Shown piece by piece: positions 9,810-20,094 of a stretch of 22,753 bases of DNA. Position 1 is the first letter of the stretch; the number at the start of each line of letters is the position of its first letter. The translations under genes and the position numbers were made by a program. This DNA comes from Octopus sinensis. Its lineage: Eukaryota. Where the stretch lies: positions 1 to 22,753 of the forward strand of contig NW_021833528.1 of NCBI RefSeq assembly GCF_006345805.1. The letters run 5' to 3'. The notes beneath the pieces are model-generated. The model searched no databases. It was not told where the DNA came from and was given only the letters and a program-made list of their open reading frames with translations.

Positions 9810-10955
9810 CCTTTATATATATAAAACTGAGAATGTGTGTCTGTCTGTCTGTCTGTGTGTTTCCCTAAAACTTGAGAACTACAGAGCCAAATTTTACACA
9901 TGCCTTACTTAGGGTCCGGGGAGTGTCATCGGCAAAAAGTTTTTTAACTTTCTGCCTAGGGCGAGCCCACAGCAATATCATATCTTCTCCACTACGATTC
10001 CCTAAAACTTGAGAACTACACAACCAATTTCATTCAAATTTTACACATGCCTTACTTAGGGTCCATGTAGTTTCATGGGCAAAAAATGTTCAACTTCTTG
10101 CCTAGAGCGAGCCAATAGCAATATCATATCTTCTCCACTATTTCAGTATTACATGTTAAAGTGAAACAAAAACATTTCTCTATTTTATGTCAGATACTTT
10201 CACTTTAACAATAAAATAATAATAAAACAATTGAATTATATGTAGTAAGTAATAATTAACATCAAACCAACAAGTATAAATAATCGTAACATAACAAAAG
10301 TAAAAAATCAATTGGTATAAAAAAATTGCATCAATGACTTGAACTTGAATAGTGGTTCACCTCACTGAAGGGATAAATTAAAAATAAAATCAGCGTGCAG
10401 AAATGGAATAGTCCAGATGGATAATAAAAAATTAAATTAAAGAAAAGACTATTGTCTATAAAATATACAATGTAGAGAAAAAAGATTTGAACACCTGGAG
10501 GAAAGCACCATCGAAAAGTGTCTTGGTGCGACTATGAATGATATCTAACAGAGGCGGTAAATTCGCCATAATAGAAGCAAGATTCGAGTCAACGGAGCGT
10601 GCAAGGGAGTACCCAACTCGAACTTGCAAAGAGGAAATATTTTATTATTACCTTTATATCTGGGATGTAGGATGTCCCGGATAAAATTAAAAATGCCACT
10701 TCCCCCCCAAGTAGAGGTAGGCTGGATTGTAGTCACACTTCTATACAAGAGGGAGGACAAGATACAATTGCAGTCTGTTATATATTTGAGTATTGTTATC
10801 ACTAGCGATATCAAGATATAACTTTATATTTTGTATTTTATGTGTAGATGTATATATATATAGATGTACATGGTTAAATGTTTACACATATATATATACA
10901 CATATATACATGCACTAGCACACTAGACCCGGCAACGACGGGTCTTTAATGCTAG
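9810..10955 (+). mobile_element. Non-autonomous Helitron-like (DINE-1/HINE-like) element
   Basis: 5' CTTTATATATATAAAACTGAGAAT, then (GTCT)n; 137/143-bp tandem duplication (9861-9997, 9998-10140); 3' hairpin GACCCG-GCAACGA-CGGGTC (10926-10944), then CTAG (10952-10955) followed by T. That both ends belong to one insertion is inferred. Confidence 0.75.
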
Positions 10956-11332
10956 TATACCTATATACATATATGTGTATATACATGCATAGAATATGGA
11001 CATAATACCTAAGCATACATACATACCCCTCCATACACACGTTGATATATGATATAAAATATATATATATGTGCATACATATATATCTACATATAATATG
11101 TGTGTGTGTGTGTGTGTGTGTGCAAAGCCAATATTTTCTTTTGAAAGATATTTTTTCAAAAGAAAATATTGATTTGTCTTTTGAGTAAGATATGTGAGTG
11201 TTTGGTTAGAAGTAGACAACATTGTAACTATTGACCACATTCAGGCCACTCGTGTCCAGTCCAGGCTACAACAGAAGGAACGTAACCGAATCTACTTATT
11301 TAGTCTGTCATGTTAGGTACAAACAAAATGCC

Positions 11333-11489
11333 GGTAGTGGTGGCAGCAGCGGTGGTGGTAGAGTTGATTGTGGTGGTGGTGGTTGTGGTGGTGGTGGTGG
11401 TGTTGGTGGTTGTGGTGGTGTTGGTGGTTGTGGTGGTGGTGTTGGTGGTGGTAGTGGTGATGGTGGTGTTAGTGGTGATGGTGGTGTTG

Positions 11490-11520
<31 letters not shown>

Positions 11521-11805
11521 GGTGTGGTGTTAGTGGTGTTAGTGGTGGTGGTGGTGTTAGTGGTGATGGTGGTGGTGGTGGTGGTTGTGGTGGTGGTGGT
11601 GGTGGTGGCGGCAGCGGTGATGGTGGTAGAGTTGATTGTAGTGATGGTGGTGGTGGTGGTAGCGGTGGTGGTGGTGGTGGTGGTGATGGTGATTGTGGTG
11701 GATTTGGTGGTGGTGGTAGTGGTGATGGTGGTGTTTGTGGTAGTGGTGGTGGTGATGGTGATGGTGGTGGATTTGGTGGTGGTGGTAGTGGTGGTGGTGG
11801 TGGCT
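11333..11805. repeat. Degenerate (GGT)n trinucleotide tract
   Basis: Direct reading; it produces the poly-Gly and poly-Val ORFs. Confidence 0.95.
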
Positions 11806-12061
11806 GTTGTTTTACTACAACCTCAGCTGTCCAACTGACATGACTGTCATCATTGTTCTTGCAGTTTGTCCATTAAAGAAGACAGGTTCTTGTGACTGTC
11901 ATATGACCTGTCACATGACCTGTCAACCATTCTGACATTCTTTGGGTGGTTTCCTACTTGATGCCTTTAATGGCATCTTTATTCAAACATTCTGCTTCGC
12001 TTTGCCTTGTGTGTGTGAGCATGCAAGTGTGTATTTGTGTGCATGTGTGCGCATGTCTATC

Positions 12062-12120
<59 letters not shown>

Positions 12121-12168
12121 ATAAATACAAAAAACATGCAGATTTATATATACACACATACATACATC

Positions 12169-12205
<37 letters not shown>

Positions 12206-12228
12206 CCCTTATATACATATATATATAC

Positions 12229-12261
<33 letters not shown>

Positions 12262-12303
12262 TACACACATACACACACGCACACATATATATTTATCTAT
12301 ATA

Positions 12304-13297
12304 CAGGGTGCATAAGGTATTTCAGGACATACGTTTTTTGGGGTCATTGCTGCATTTTTTGCTAACTCTTTATAATCTTTGTTTCAGAAAATAATAATAG
12401 CAGACCCTCAGCTTACTCAAGAAATGAAGAGGCATGCTGTTATTGTGGTTATAAAGGCTGAGCATAGCGATTTAGAAATATCTCGAATTTTAAAAGTTGC
12501 CACATCTTTTATCTACAAAGTTTGTAAGGAGCTAGAGACTGAAGATGGAAACATATCACCAGTTTCAAAGCATAAAAAGCATTCTAAACACTCTGAAATC
12601 ATCAGAACACCTGAATTTATCCAACAAGTTCAACAGACCATTGATTACATTCCCAGAAAGTTCATGAGGCCAATTGCAAAAGATTTCCATGTGTCAGAAG
12701 GAGCAGTCAGAAATGTTGTCCACGAAGACATCAGAAATAAGTCTTATATGATGAGGAAAGGGGAATTTGTTAGAAAAAGCAAAAGAAAATCACTACATCA
12801 GATCTTAAAGGCCCTTAAATAAACTGAAAAATCCAACAGAAGAAGATTTGATTTGGTTTTTCCATAACGAGAAAAACTTCGACCAAGATCAGAAAGTTAA
12901 CAGAAGAAATGACAGATGGTTATGTGCATACCCTTCTGAAGTTCCAAGTGTTATGCATACAAAATGTCTTGGTTTTAGGGGTTGTCAGCAATGAAGGACA
13001 TGTGATGCTTCCTTACTTCTTTCCACAAGGCTATAGAGTTAACTCTGCCACCTATATTGAGGTCCTGGAAACAATTGTTAAGCCCTGGATAGACAGTGTC
13101 TGCAATGGAAGGCCATATGTGTTTCAGTAAGACTCTGCACTATCACACATGGCTCTAGTAACACAGGAATGGACGGCTGAAAATATTCATGACCCCTAAC
13201 ATTTGGCCGCCTAATTCCCTAGATTTCAGTCCATCGGAGTGTTGCTGAGAGAGAAGTCAATGAACATGCCCATAACACTGAAGAAGATTCATTGAAA
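12304..13297 (+). pseudogene. Decayed Tc1/mariner-superfamily transposase (probably DD37D/maT-like) with left terminus
   Basis: TA|CAGGGTG terminus at 12302-12310; ATG at 12424. HTH-like region MKRHAVIVVIKAEHSDLEISRILKV; WFFHNEKNFDQDQKVNRRNDRW (first catalytic D appears as N); VLGVVSNEGHVM; YVFQ*DSA; PNSLDFSP. Several frameshifts and stops; right end lost. The subfamily call is from motif recall. Confidence 0.9.
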
Positions 13298-13995
13298 ACT
13301 ACCTACGCATCTACTACTGATCGAGCAGGGCCATCTACCTGAAGGGATTTGTGGTTTGCTTGCCTTCCTACTTATTAGGACTTTGGTTTTAGCTATGTTG
13401 ACTCTAAGGCCCTTCGATTCTAATCCTTCTTTCCACACTTGAAACTTCTCCTCTAGTTCTGATAGTGACTCAGCAATTAGAGCAAGGTCATCAACATAGA
13501 GGAGCTCCCAGGGGCATCTTGTCTTGAATTCCTCCGTTATTGCCTGGAGGACTATGATAAATAGGAGGGGCCTGAGGACTGAACCTTGGTGGACCCCTAC
13601 CTCTACCCTGAATTCTTCACTGTACTTGTTGCCAACGCTTACCTTACTTACAGCATCCCTGTACATGGCTTGTACAGCTCTCACTAACCATTCATCTATC
13701 CCTAGTTTCCTCATTGACCACCAGATAAGGGATCGGGGGACCCTGTCAAAGGCCTTCTCTATGTCAACGAAAGCCTGGTACAGGGGCTTATCTTTGGCTA
13801 GGTATTTCTCCTGCAGCTCTCTTACCAGAAATATGGCATCAGTGGTACTTTTCCCTGGCATGAAACCAAACTGCATCTCATCCAAGCTGACTCTCTCCCT
13901 AATCAGTTGGGCTATGACCCTCTCCGTAACCTTCATTACCTGATCCAACAGCTTGATACCTCTGTAACTATTTGTATCTAAAGCGTCACCTTTAC
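13298..13995 (-). mobile_element. RTE-clade LINE reverse transcriptase internal fragment
   Basis: KGDALDTNSYRGIKLLDQVMKV, QFGFMPGKSTTDAIF, AFVDIEKAFDRV, GVHQGSVLRPLLF, LLYVDDLALI, GLRVNIAKTKV; ORF track 13289-13948. Confidence 0.95.
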
Positions 13996-14103
13996 ATGAA
14001 ATGAAATGTAAAAGCCAGACTAGATTATTTTATGCGCAACTCCATTGTCTCCCGAGACAAAAAAGGATGCCAACAACAACAACATATATACAAATGTATA
14101 TAT

Positions 14104-14250
14104 GCGGGCATGTCTGTGTGGTTAGGAAATTTGCTTCCCGCTTACATAGTTTTGGGTTCAGTCCCACTGTGTGGCACCTTGGGCAAGTGTCTTCTGCTAT
14201 AGCCTTGGGCTGATTGAAGCTTTGCAATTGAATTTGGTAAGTGGAAGTTA
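14104..14250 (+). mobile_element. tRNA-derived SINE 5' part
   Basis: TGTGTGGTTAGGAAATTTGCTTCCC...GGGTTCAGTCCCACTGTGTGGCACCTTGGGCAAGTGTCTTCTGCTATAGCC; B-box-like GGTTCAGTCCC; homologous to 1822-1966. Confidence 0.8.
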
Positions 14251-14283
14251 CCACTGTGTGTGTACGTGTACTTGTGTGTGTGG

Positions 14284-14326
<43 letters not shown>

Positions 14327-14736
14327 TGCGTGTGTGTGTATGTGGAAGGTGGCTAAGTCACTCATTTAGCCTCAGTGTTCAGTGCAGCTGTTAACGTCTG
14401 CGACAGAATAGATTGCCAGAGATGCTGTCAGAGACATTATTGCTGACATCTGGCTGATGGTATGGCAGGAAATTAAAACCACTAAATGGTAAATGCCTGC
14501 CACAGTCCACCTGGACGTCAAACGCTAATATACAAAGACACAAAGACTGGAACCAAATAAGAGAATACCATAACAACATCTACGGTATTCTTCAGTTTGC
14601 TGCCGTTTAACCCTTGGTCGATTCTCAGAGATTGGAAATATGATGGCATTATGAATGAGAAGTAAAATTTGGTAATGATTTAATGGAATGGGAGGAATCT
14701 GAGACTGGCTTGCCATTAAGGAAAATTGAAAGGAAG

Positions 14737-15330
14737 ATAAGGCTAGAGGAGGGGGGTGGGAGAGGGAGGGAGGGAGGGAGGTAGGGAGGGATGGGAAGGG
14801 GTGTGGGAGAGGGAGAGGGAGGGAGGGAGGTAGGGAGGGATGGGAAGGGGTGTGGAGAGAGGGAGAGAGGAAGGGGTGGGGGAGGGAAAGGGAGAGAGGG
14901 GAGAGGGAGAGGAAAGGGAGAGGTCAGAAGAGAGAGGGAGAGAGGGAGAGAGAGAGAAAAAGAGAGAGATAGAGAGAGGGAGGGAGAAAAGGGGGGAGGG
15001 AGAGGCAGGAAGAGAGAGAGAGAGGGAGAGTGAGAGGAAGTGAAAGGGAGAGAGAGAAAGAGGGAGAGAGAGAGAGAGAGGGAGACGGAGAGAGAGAGAG
15101 AGCAGATATTTGATGGTCTTACCATTTGGTTAGAGAAAGACTGATTCCTTTAAGAAGTTAAGGGTTGGTGGGAGGAAGAAGGGTTGGTGGGAGGAAGAAG
15201 GGTTGGTGGGGATGGAAGTCTGTGATTGATAAGATGTCCAGGGAGGGAGAGGGAGGGAGAGAGAAAGGAGAAATAGAAAGAGAGGAGGGAGAGAGAGAAG
15301 CAGACAGATAGACAGACAAATGATGAGAGA
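14737..15330. repeat. Polypurine (GA/GGGA) tracts including a 19-bp tandem AAGGGTTGGTGGGAGGAAG
   Basis: Direct reading. Confidence 0.9.
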
Positions 15331-15884
15331 GAGAGAGAGATACGAACCTGCCTAATACAAGACTTGAGATGGGGGTTGGGGTTGAGGAGTAGTGTAAGTA
15401 GTTCATTACAAAGCAAATAGTTTAGTGATGTGGCCAGCTGTAGCATTCTGGCAGAAACATGGAGATGGCTTAGATTTTACTCTGAAAACGAGAAATTCTT
15501 GGAATAGATATTTTGGGGCAGGAGAAAAAAATGGTCATGTGATGCCATGTTATATTTTGTCGTAGAACATTGAAGTGGTTTGGCCAGCTGTAGCACTCCA
15601 AAACAAATCTTGAAGAAAATATGAGAACATGGTTCTTATTCAAAGGATTCATAATTTTTGAGGGAAACCAAAAGAAGAAACAAGACATGAGAATGGGAAA
15701 CGGTTGCAGTCCATGTTGTTGAGTACCTTGGTCAAGTACCTTCTACGATAACCCCAGGATGACCAAAGCTTGGGATTTGGCAAATGGAAACTGAAAGAAG
15801 CCCATCATGTTGGTGTTTGTCTTTGTGCTTGAATTTGTTCCATCCCTACCACCACCATCATTTGACAACCGGTGTTGGTTTGTT

Positions 15885-16030
15885 TATGTTGGTTTGGCAG
15901 AAACAACTAACAGAATAAATACCAGACAAAAAACCTGAGTACTGGACTTGATTTCTTTGATTAAAACATTCCAAGGTGGTGCCCCAGCATGGCCAAATCC
16001 AGTGACTGAAACTAATAAAAAAAGAAACAA
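15885..16030 (+). mobile_element. SINE 3' fragment (GGTGGTGCCCCAGCATGGCC...TGACTGAAAC family)
   Basis: Reverse-complement homologous to 17468-17597; remnants also at about 7738-7770 and 9300-9415. Confidence 0.7.
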
Positions 16031-16368
16031 AAAAAGATCTATGTTGTTGAAAACATATAAAAAAAAAAGCATAAAAGAGGAGGCAAAATTAGGTCATTAA
16101 AGAAAAAGAGGAAATTCTAACTGGCAAAATATTTGGCAGCAAAAATATGGAAATGTTTTAGAGGAAGGTTCTTCAGATTCAATGGAATTGGCAGACAGGA
16201 AAGGAGGAGGAAAAAACGTTTAATAGATTTATGGAGGAAATTAGAATATTTGGTTATTTGGTTAGCAAATCTAGTTAACAGAATAAAGCATAAACAGGAA
16301 AAATATGAGAATTAAATTAACTCTCTCTCTCTCTCTCACTCACTGTCTGTCTTCTCATTTATATACAG

Positions 16369-16433
<65 letters not shown>

Positions 16434-16551
16434 TGGGATGAAATATGGTTATCAGTAATATATAGGGTGAAATTAATTAATTTGGAATAATCATTAATTT
16501 CACCAAGTAGATTTCGGCATGTAAAAGCCTCATTCGAGGAAAGTTTAAGTA

Positions 16552-16780
16552 ATACTAAGTAATTAAGGTTTAGCAACGATTTGCCTCACCACACACCGAA
16601 TTTAGAAATAGCAGTCAAAGAGTTATAGCTATTCTTTCTACTAAAAGGGAGATCTCTTGGTTTTACTGTGGTTTTACTGAGATCTCCCTTTTAGTAGAAA
16701 GAATAGCTATAACTCTTTGACTGCTATTTCTAAATTCGGTGTGTGGTGAGGCAAATCGTTGCTAAACCCTTAATTACTTA

Positions 16781-16784
<4 letters not shown>
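16552..16784. mobile_element. Foldback/MITE: 105-106-bp near-perfect inverted repeats around a 22-bp spacer
   Basis: Arms 16552-16656 and 16679-16784 are reverse complements except for one extra C in the right arm; TA flanks CTAAG...CTTAG. Confidence 0.9.
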
Positions 16785-16841
<57 letters not shown>

Positions 16842-16902
16842 TGTGTGTGTGAGAGTATATACATGTATGTATATTATATACATATATATATAAATATCAT
16901 CA

Positions 16903-17268
16903 TCATTATCATCATTGTTTAACGTCCGCTTTCCATGCTAGAATGGGTTTGGATGATTTGACTGAGGAATGGTGAACCAGATGGCTGCACCAGACTCCAA
17001 TCTGATCTGGCAGAGTTTCTACAGCTGGATGCCCTTCCTAATGTAACCACTTTGAGAGTGTAGTGGGTGCTTTTATGTGCCACCAGCATGAGGGCCAGCC
17101 AGGCGGCACTGGCAGCACCCATGCTCAAATGGTGCTATTTATGTGCCACCTGCACAGGAGTCAGCCCAGTGGCACTGGCAAGGACCTCGCTCGAATGTTT
17201 GTTTTCATGTGCCACAAGCACAAGTGCCAGTAAGGCGACGCAGTTAACGATCACGCTTGAATGGTGCT
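16903..17268 (-). mobile_element. SINE-like element with (GAT)n tail and three ~65-bp internal tandem units
   Basis: (CAT)n-GTTTAACGTCCGCTTTCCATGC tail; units at 17066-17130, 17131-17196 and 17197-17262. Confidence 0.8.
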
Positions 17269-17467
17269 AAATGCATATGTATATATATATGTATATATAT
17301 ATATATATATATGCATGCATGTTTATGTATGTGTATGCACACACACATACACATTAAACATACATACATGCACACATACTTATATATATTAGTATACATG
17401 TATGATATATCTATGTGTGTGTATATGCATGTGTATTTGTGTGAATGTATGTGTATATTTTTTTTTT

Positions 17468-17597
17468 TACTTGTTTCAGTCATTAGACTGCGGCCATGCT
17501 GGAGCACCGCCTTTAGTCGAGCAACTCGACCCTGGGACTTATTCTTTAGTAAGCCCAGTACTTATTCTATTGGTCTCTTTTGCCGAACCGCTAAGTA
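17468..17597 (-). mobile_element. SINE 3' fragment
   Basis: CTTGTTTCAGTCATTAGACTGCGGCCATGCTGGAGCACCGCC...CTCTTTTGCCGAACCGCTAAGT; same family as 15885-16030. Confidence 0.75.
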
Positions 17598-17797
17598 ATG
17601 TATATATGTTGTTGTTGTTGTTGTTGTCGTCGTCGTCCTCATCGTCACCATCACCATCATCATCATCATCATCATTATCATCATCATCATCATCATCATC
17701 AATTAATGTCCAGTTCCCTTGCTGGCATTGCTTACACAATTCAACAGAACCTGATGAAATGTTATCTGGAGTGTATATCAGCAATAATTATAACAGT

Positions 17798-18067
17798 CTG
17801 TAGACCCCTGGTGGTCCATAGACCCCTGAAGATCTGTAGGCCCCTGGTGATCCATATACCCCTGGTGGTCTGTAGGCCCCTGGTCGGTTGCAGACCTCTA
17901 GTGGTCCATAGACCCCTGGTGGTCTGCAAACCCCTGATGGTCTGCAAAGGTAGTACAGGGTGTTCATGAACATGTTAAGCTGACAGACCTTTCAATATCC
18001 TGGGGCCTGTGGGAAAACTCATTTAAATAAGAGGGTTCCTTGGTAGTGAAAAGCTTGGCAACCACTG
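17798..18067 (+). mobile_element. Degenerate hAT-like MITE with an internal 18-bp minisatellite (8 units, 17801-17944)
   Basis: Unit TAGACCCCTGGTGGTC(CA/TG); right end GCTTGGCAACCACTG (18053-18067) resembles the hAT/Charlie TIR GGTTGGGAACCACTG; left TIR not found. Confidence 0.6.
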
Positions 18068-18068
18068 G

Positions 18069-18345
18069 TGTAGAATATGGAGACTTGTCCATCTTCAAGA
18101 TTCATTTCCTTTTATTTTACTATTTCACACAACATATTTTTATGGTTGTTTGTTCACTTTGAAACTAGTCAAATAGGCAGACCCTGAAAAAGCTGCTCAG
18201 AAAATCATGCCTGGTTGCATGTGTAACTGCCAGTACCTTGTGGAGTGGAAACACGTGTAGGTTGTAACAACCATAAAAATATGCTGCATGTAATTATAGA
18301 ATAAGAGGGATAAGTCTTAAAGATGAACAAGTCTCCATTTCTACA
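18069..18345. mobile_element. Old MITE with ~80-bp imperfect terminal inverted repeats
   Basis: 18069-18149 pairs with 18267-18345: ATGGAGACTTGTCCATCTTCAAG vs CTTAAAGATGAACAAGTCTCCAT, plus a 17-bp exact match CATATTTTTATGGTTGT / ACAACCATAAAAATATG. Confidence 0.75.
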
Positions 18346-18376
18346 GCATTATAATTATTGCTATATATATATATAT

Positions 18377-18431
<55 letters not shown>

Positions 18432-18436
18432 TAAAT

Positions 18437-19009
18437 TTAGTATCTAATTCTCTCACCCTTATTAATTAATTATAATTATGCTACATTTATTTCTAAATGT
18501 AGTATTGTTTCCGTGAAAGTTTGGCGCGCTGTTGGTAGGGGCATTTGAATTATAACGTCGGATGTAATCAATTGAACCACACGTGTATTTATCGTTATGG
18601 TAAAATCTGGCGTGTGATTGAGTGGATTTCATCCAGATAGTTTTGGCTGAGGAGCTACAAGTGAGTTTTTTGTGAGTAAAATTACATTTAATTCATTAAT
18701 AGCGAAACAATTGTCCCAAAATAATCTGTATTTTTGTTATTTTTTATTTGCCCTGTTCGTGTGAGCTAACAATCGTACTGACTTTCATGGGAAACATGTA
18801 TTTTTGTGGTTGAAACCTTTTGGATTTACTAGTGCTAGAGTGAGCCACATAGTGACCACTCTCTTATATTTATTTTTGTATAAAAAAATTATAATATGTT
18901 ATAAAATATTATAATAATCCAGGTTTCTCGGGGCACTGGGCCACTTGGTGTTGAATAGGTATACTATTAAATTAGTATCTAATTCTCTCACCCTTATTAA
19001 TTAATTATA
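18437..19009. repeat. 38-bp identical direct repeats bracketing a 497-bp segment
   Basis: TTAGTATCTAATTCTCTCACCCTTATTAATTAATTATA at 18437-18474 and 18972-19009. Confidence 0.9.
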
Positions 19010-19057
19010 TATAAATATATATATATATATGACATTACACACACACACACACACAAG

Positions 19058-19097
<40 letters not shown>

Positions 19098-19202
19098 TGT
19101 TCAGTTTTATTTCAAGATTTCTTGCCAATAGAGAAAGAGCCTGTTTCTAACCCAAATCCAAGGCTCCTTCATTAGAATTTCAACAGCAACAACAGGGAAT
19201 TT

Positions 19203-19525
19203 TTGTATGTATGTATGTATGTATGTATGCATGCATGCATGTATGTATGTGTGTATGTATGTATGTATGTATGTGCTGATTTGCATGTTTTATGTAAGTA
19301 TGTGCAGATTTGCATGTCTTATATAAGTAATCTCATGCATATAGTTTTATATCTAAACATGCTCATATATATTTAAATGATAAACTTCTGGAGAGTTTTA
19401 CAATTTTTTATAGTTCCAGTGATGGACTGGATCTGTAGTCTTAGAATTAGCTTTCTCCTATGTATGTATGTATGTATGTATGTATGTATGTATGTATGTA
19501 TGTATGTATGTATGTATGTATGTAT

Positions 19526-19620
<95 letters not shown>
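19203..19620. repeat. (GTAT)n and (GT)n microsatellites
   Basis: Direct reading. Confidence 0.95.
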
Positions 19621-20094
19621 ACACGTACACATTCGTGCATATATTTATACAGATATGAGAGTATATTTGACATAGTACTTCAAGGGAAGTAACTCTTCTT
19701 ATCGCATTTTCAGCTCCATCCTTCTCGCTCCCTACTTTCCAATGGACCTTTAAAACTCCGTTTATTTCTGGCTTTGTATTTCATTGCTGCAAAGGGCTCC
19801 GGGCACTGGCCCTTATTGCTGGATATAGGTAAGGATCTCTACCTTTAACACATTACATATTACCCAGTTTTAACACCATGGCCGGCGACGTTGCCTGATG
19901 TGCGGACAGAAAGGGGCAGCCAGACGCTTTCAATACTTACGGTCGACGGAGCCCAGAGTTTCTCAACAATTCTTTACTTCTGGCCCTCTTAATTCCTACT
20001 TTCCTTGGGTGGGCCCTCATAATCATTCGGTGTTTTAAAAAATCATATGATATAGGATTATAATAGGCGCAGCTATGGCTGTGTGGTAAGAAGC

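Noticed and set aside
11231-11843. Glycine-rich structural protein ORF
   Set aside because: (GGT)n microsatellite open in several frames, with no signal peptide or credible start.
13278-13300. CTGAAGA...GAAAA hammerhead-like words (also 12539 and minus strand near 21890)
   Set aside because: They lie inside transposase or integrase coding relics and lack stem II, stem III or stem I pairing.
14410-14490. Protein-like frame IARDAVRDIIADIWLMVWQEIK
   Set aside because: Short, bounded by stops, with no polypyrimidine acceptor and no recognisable family.
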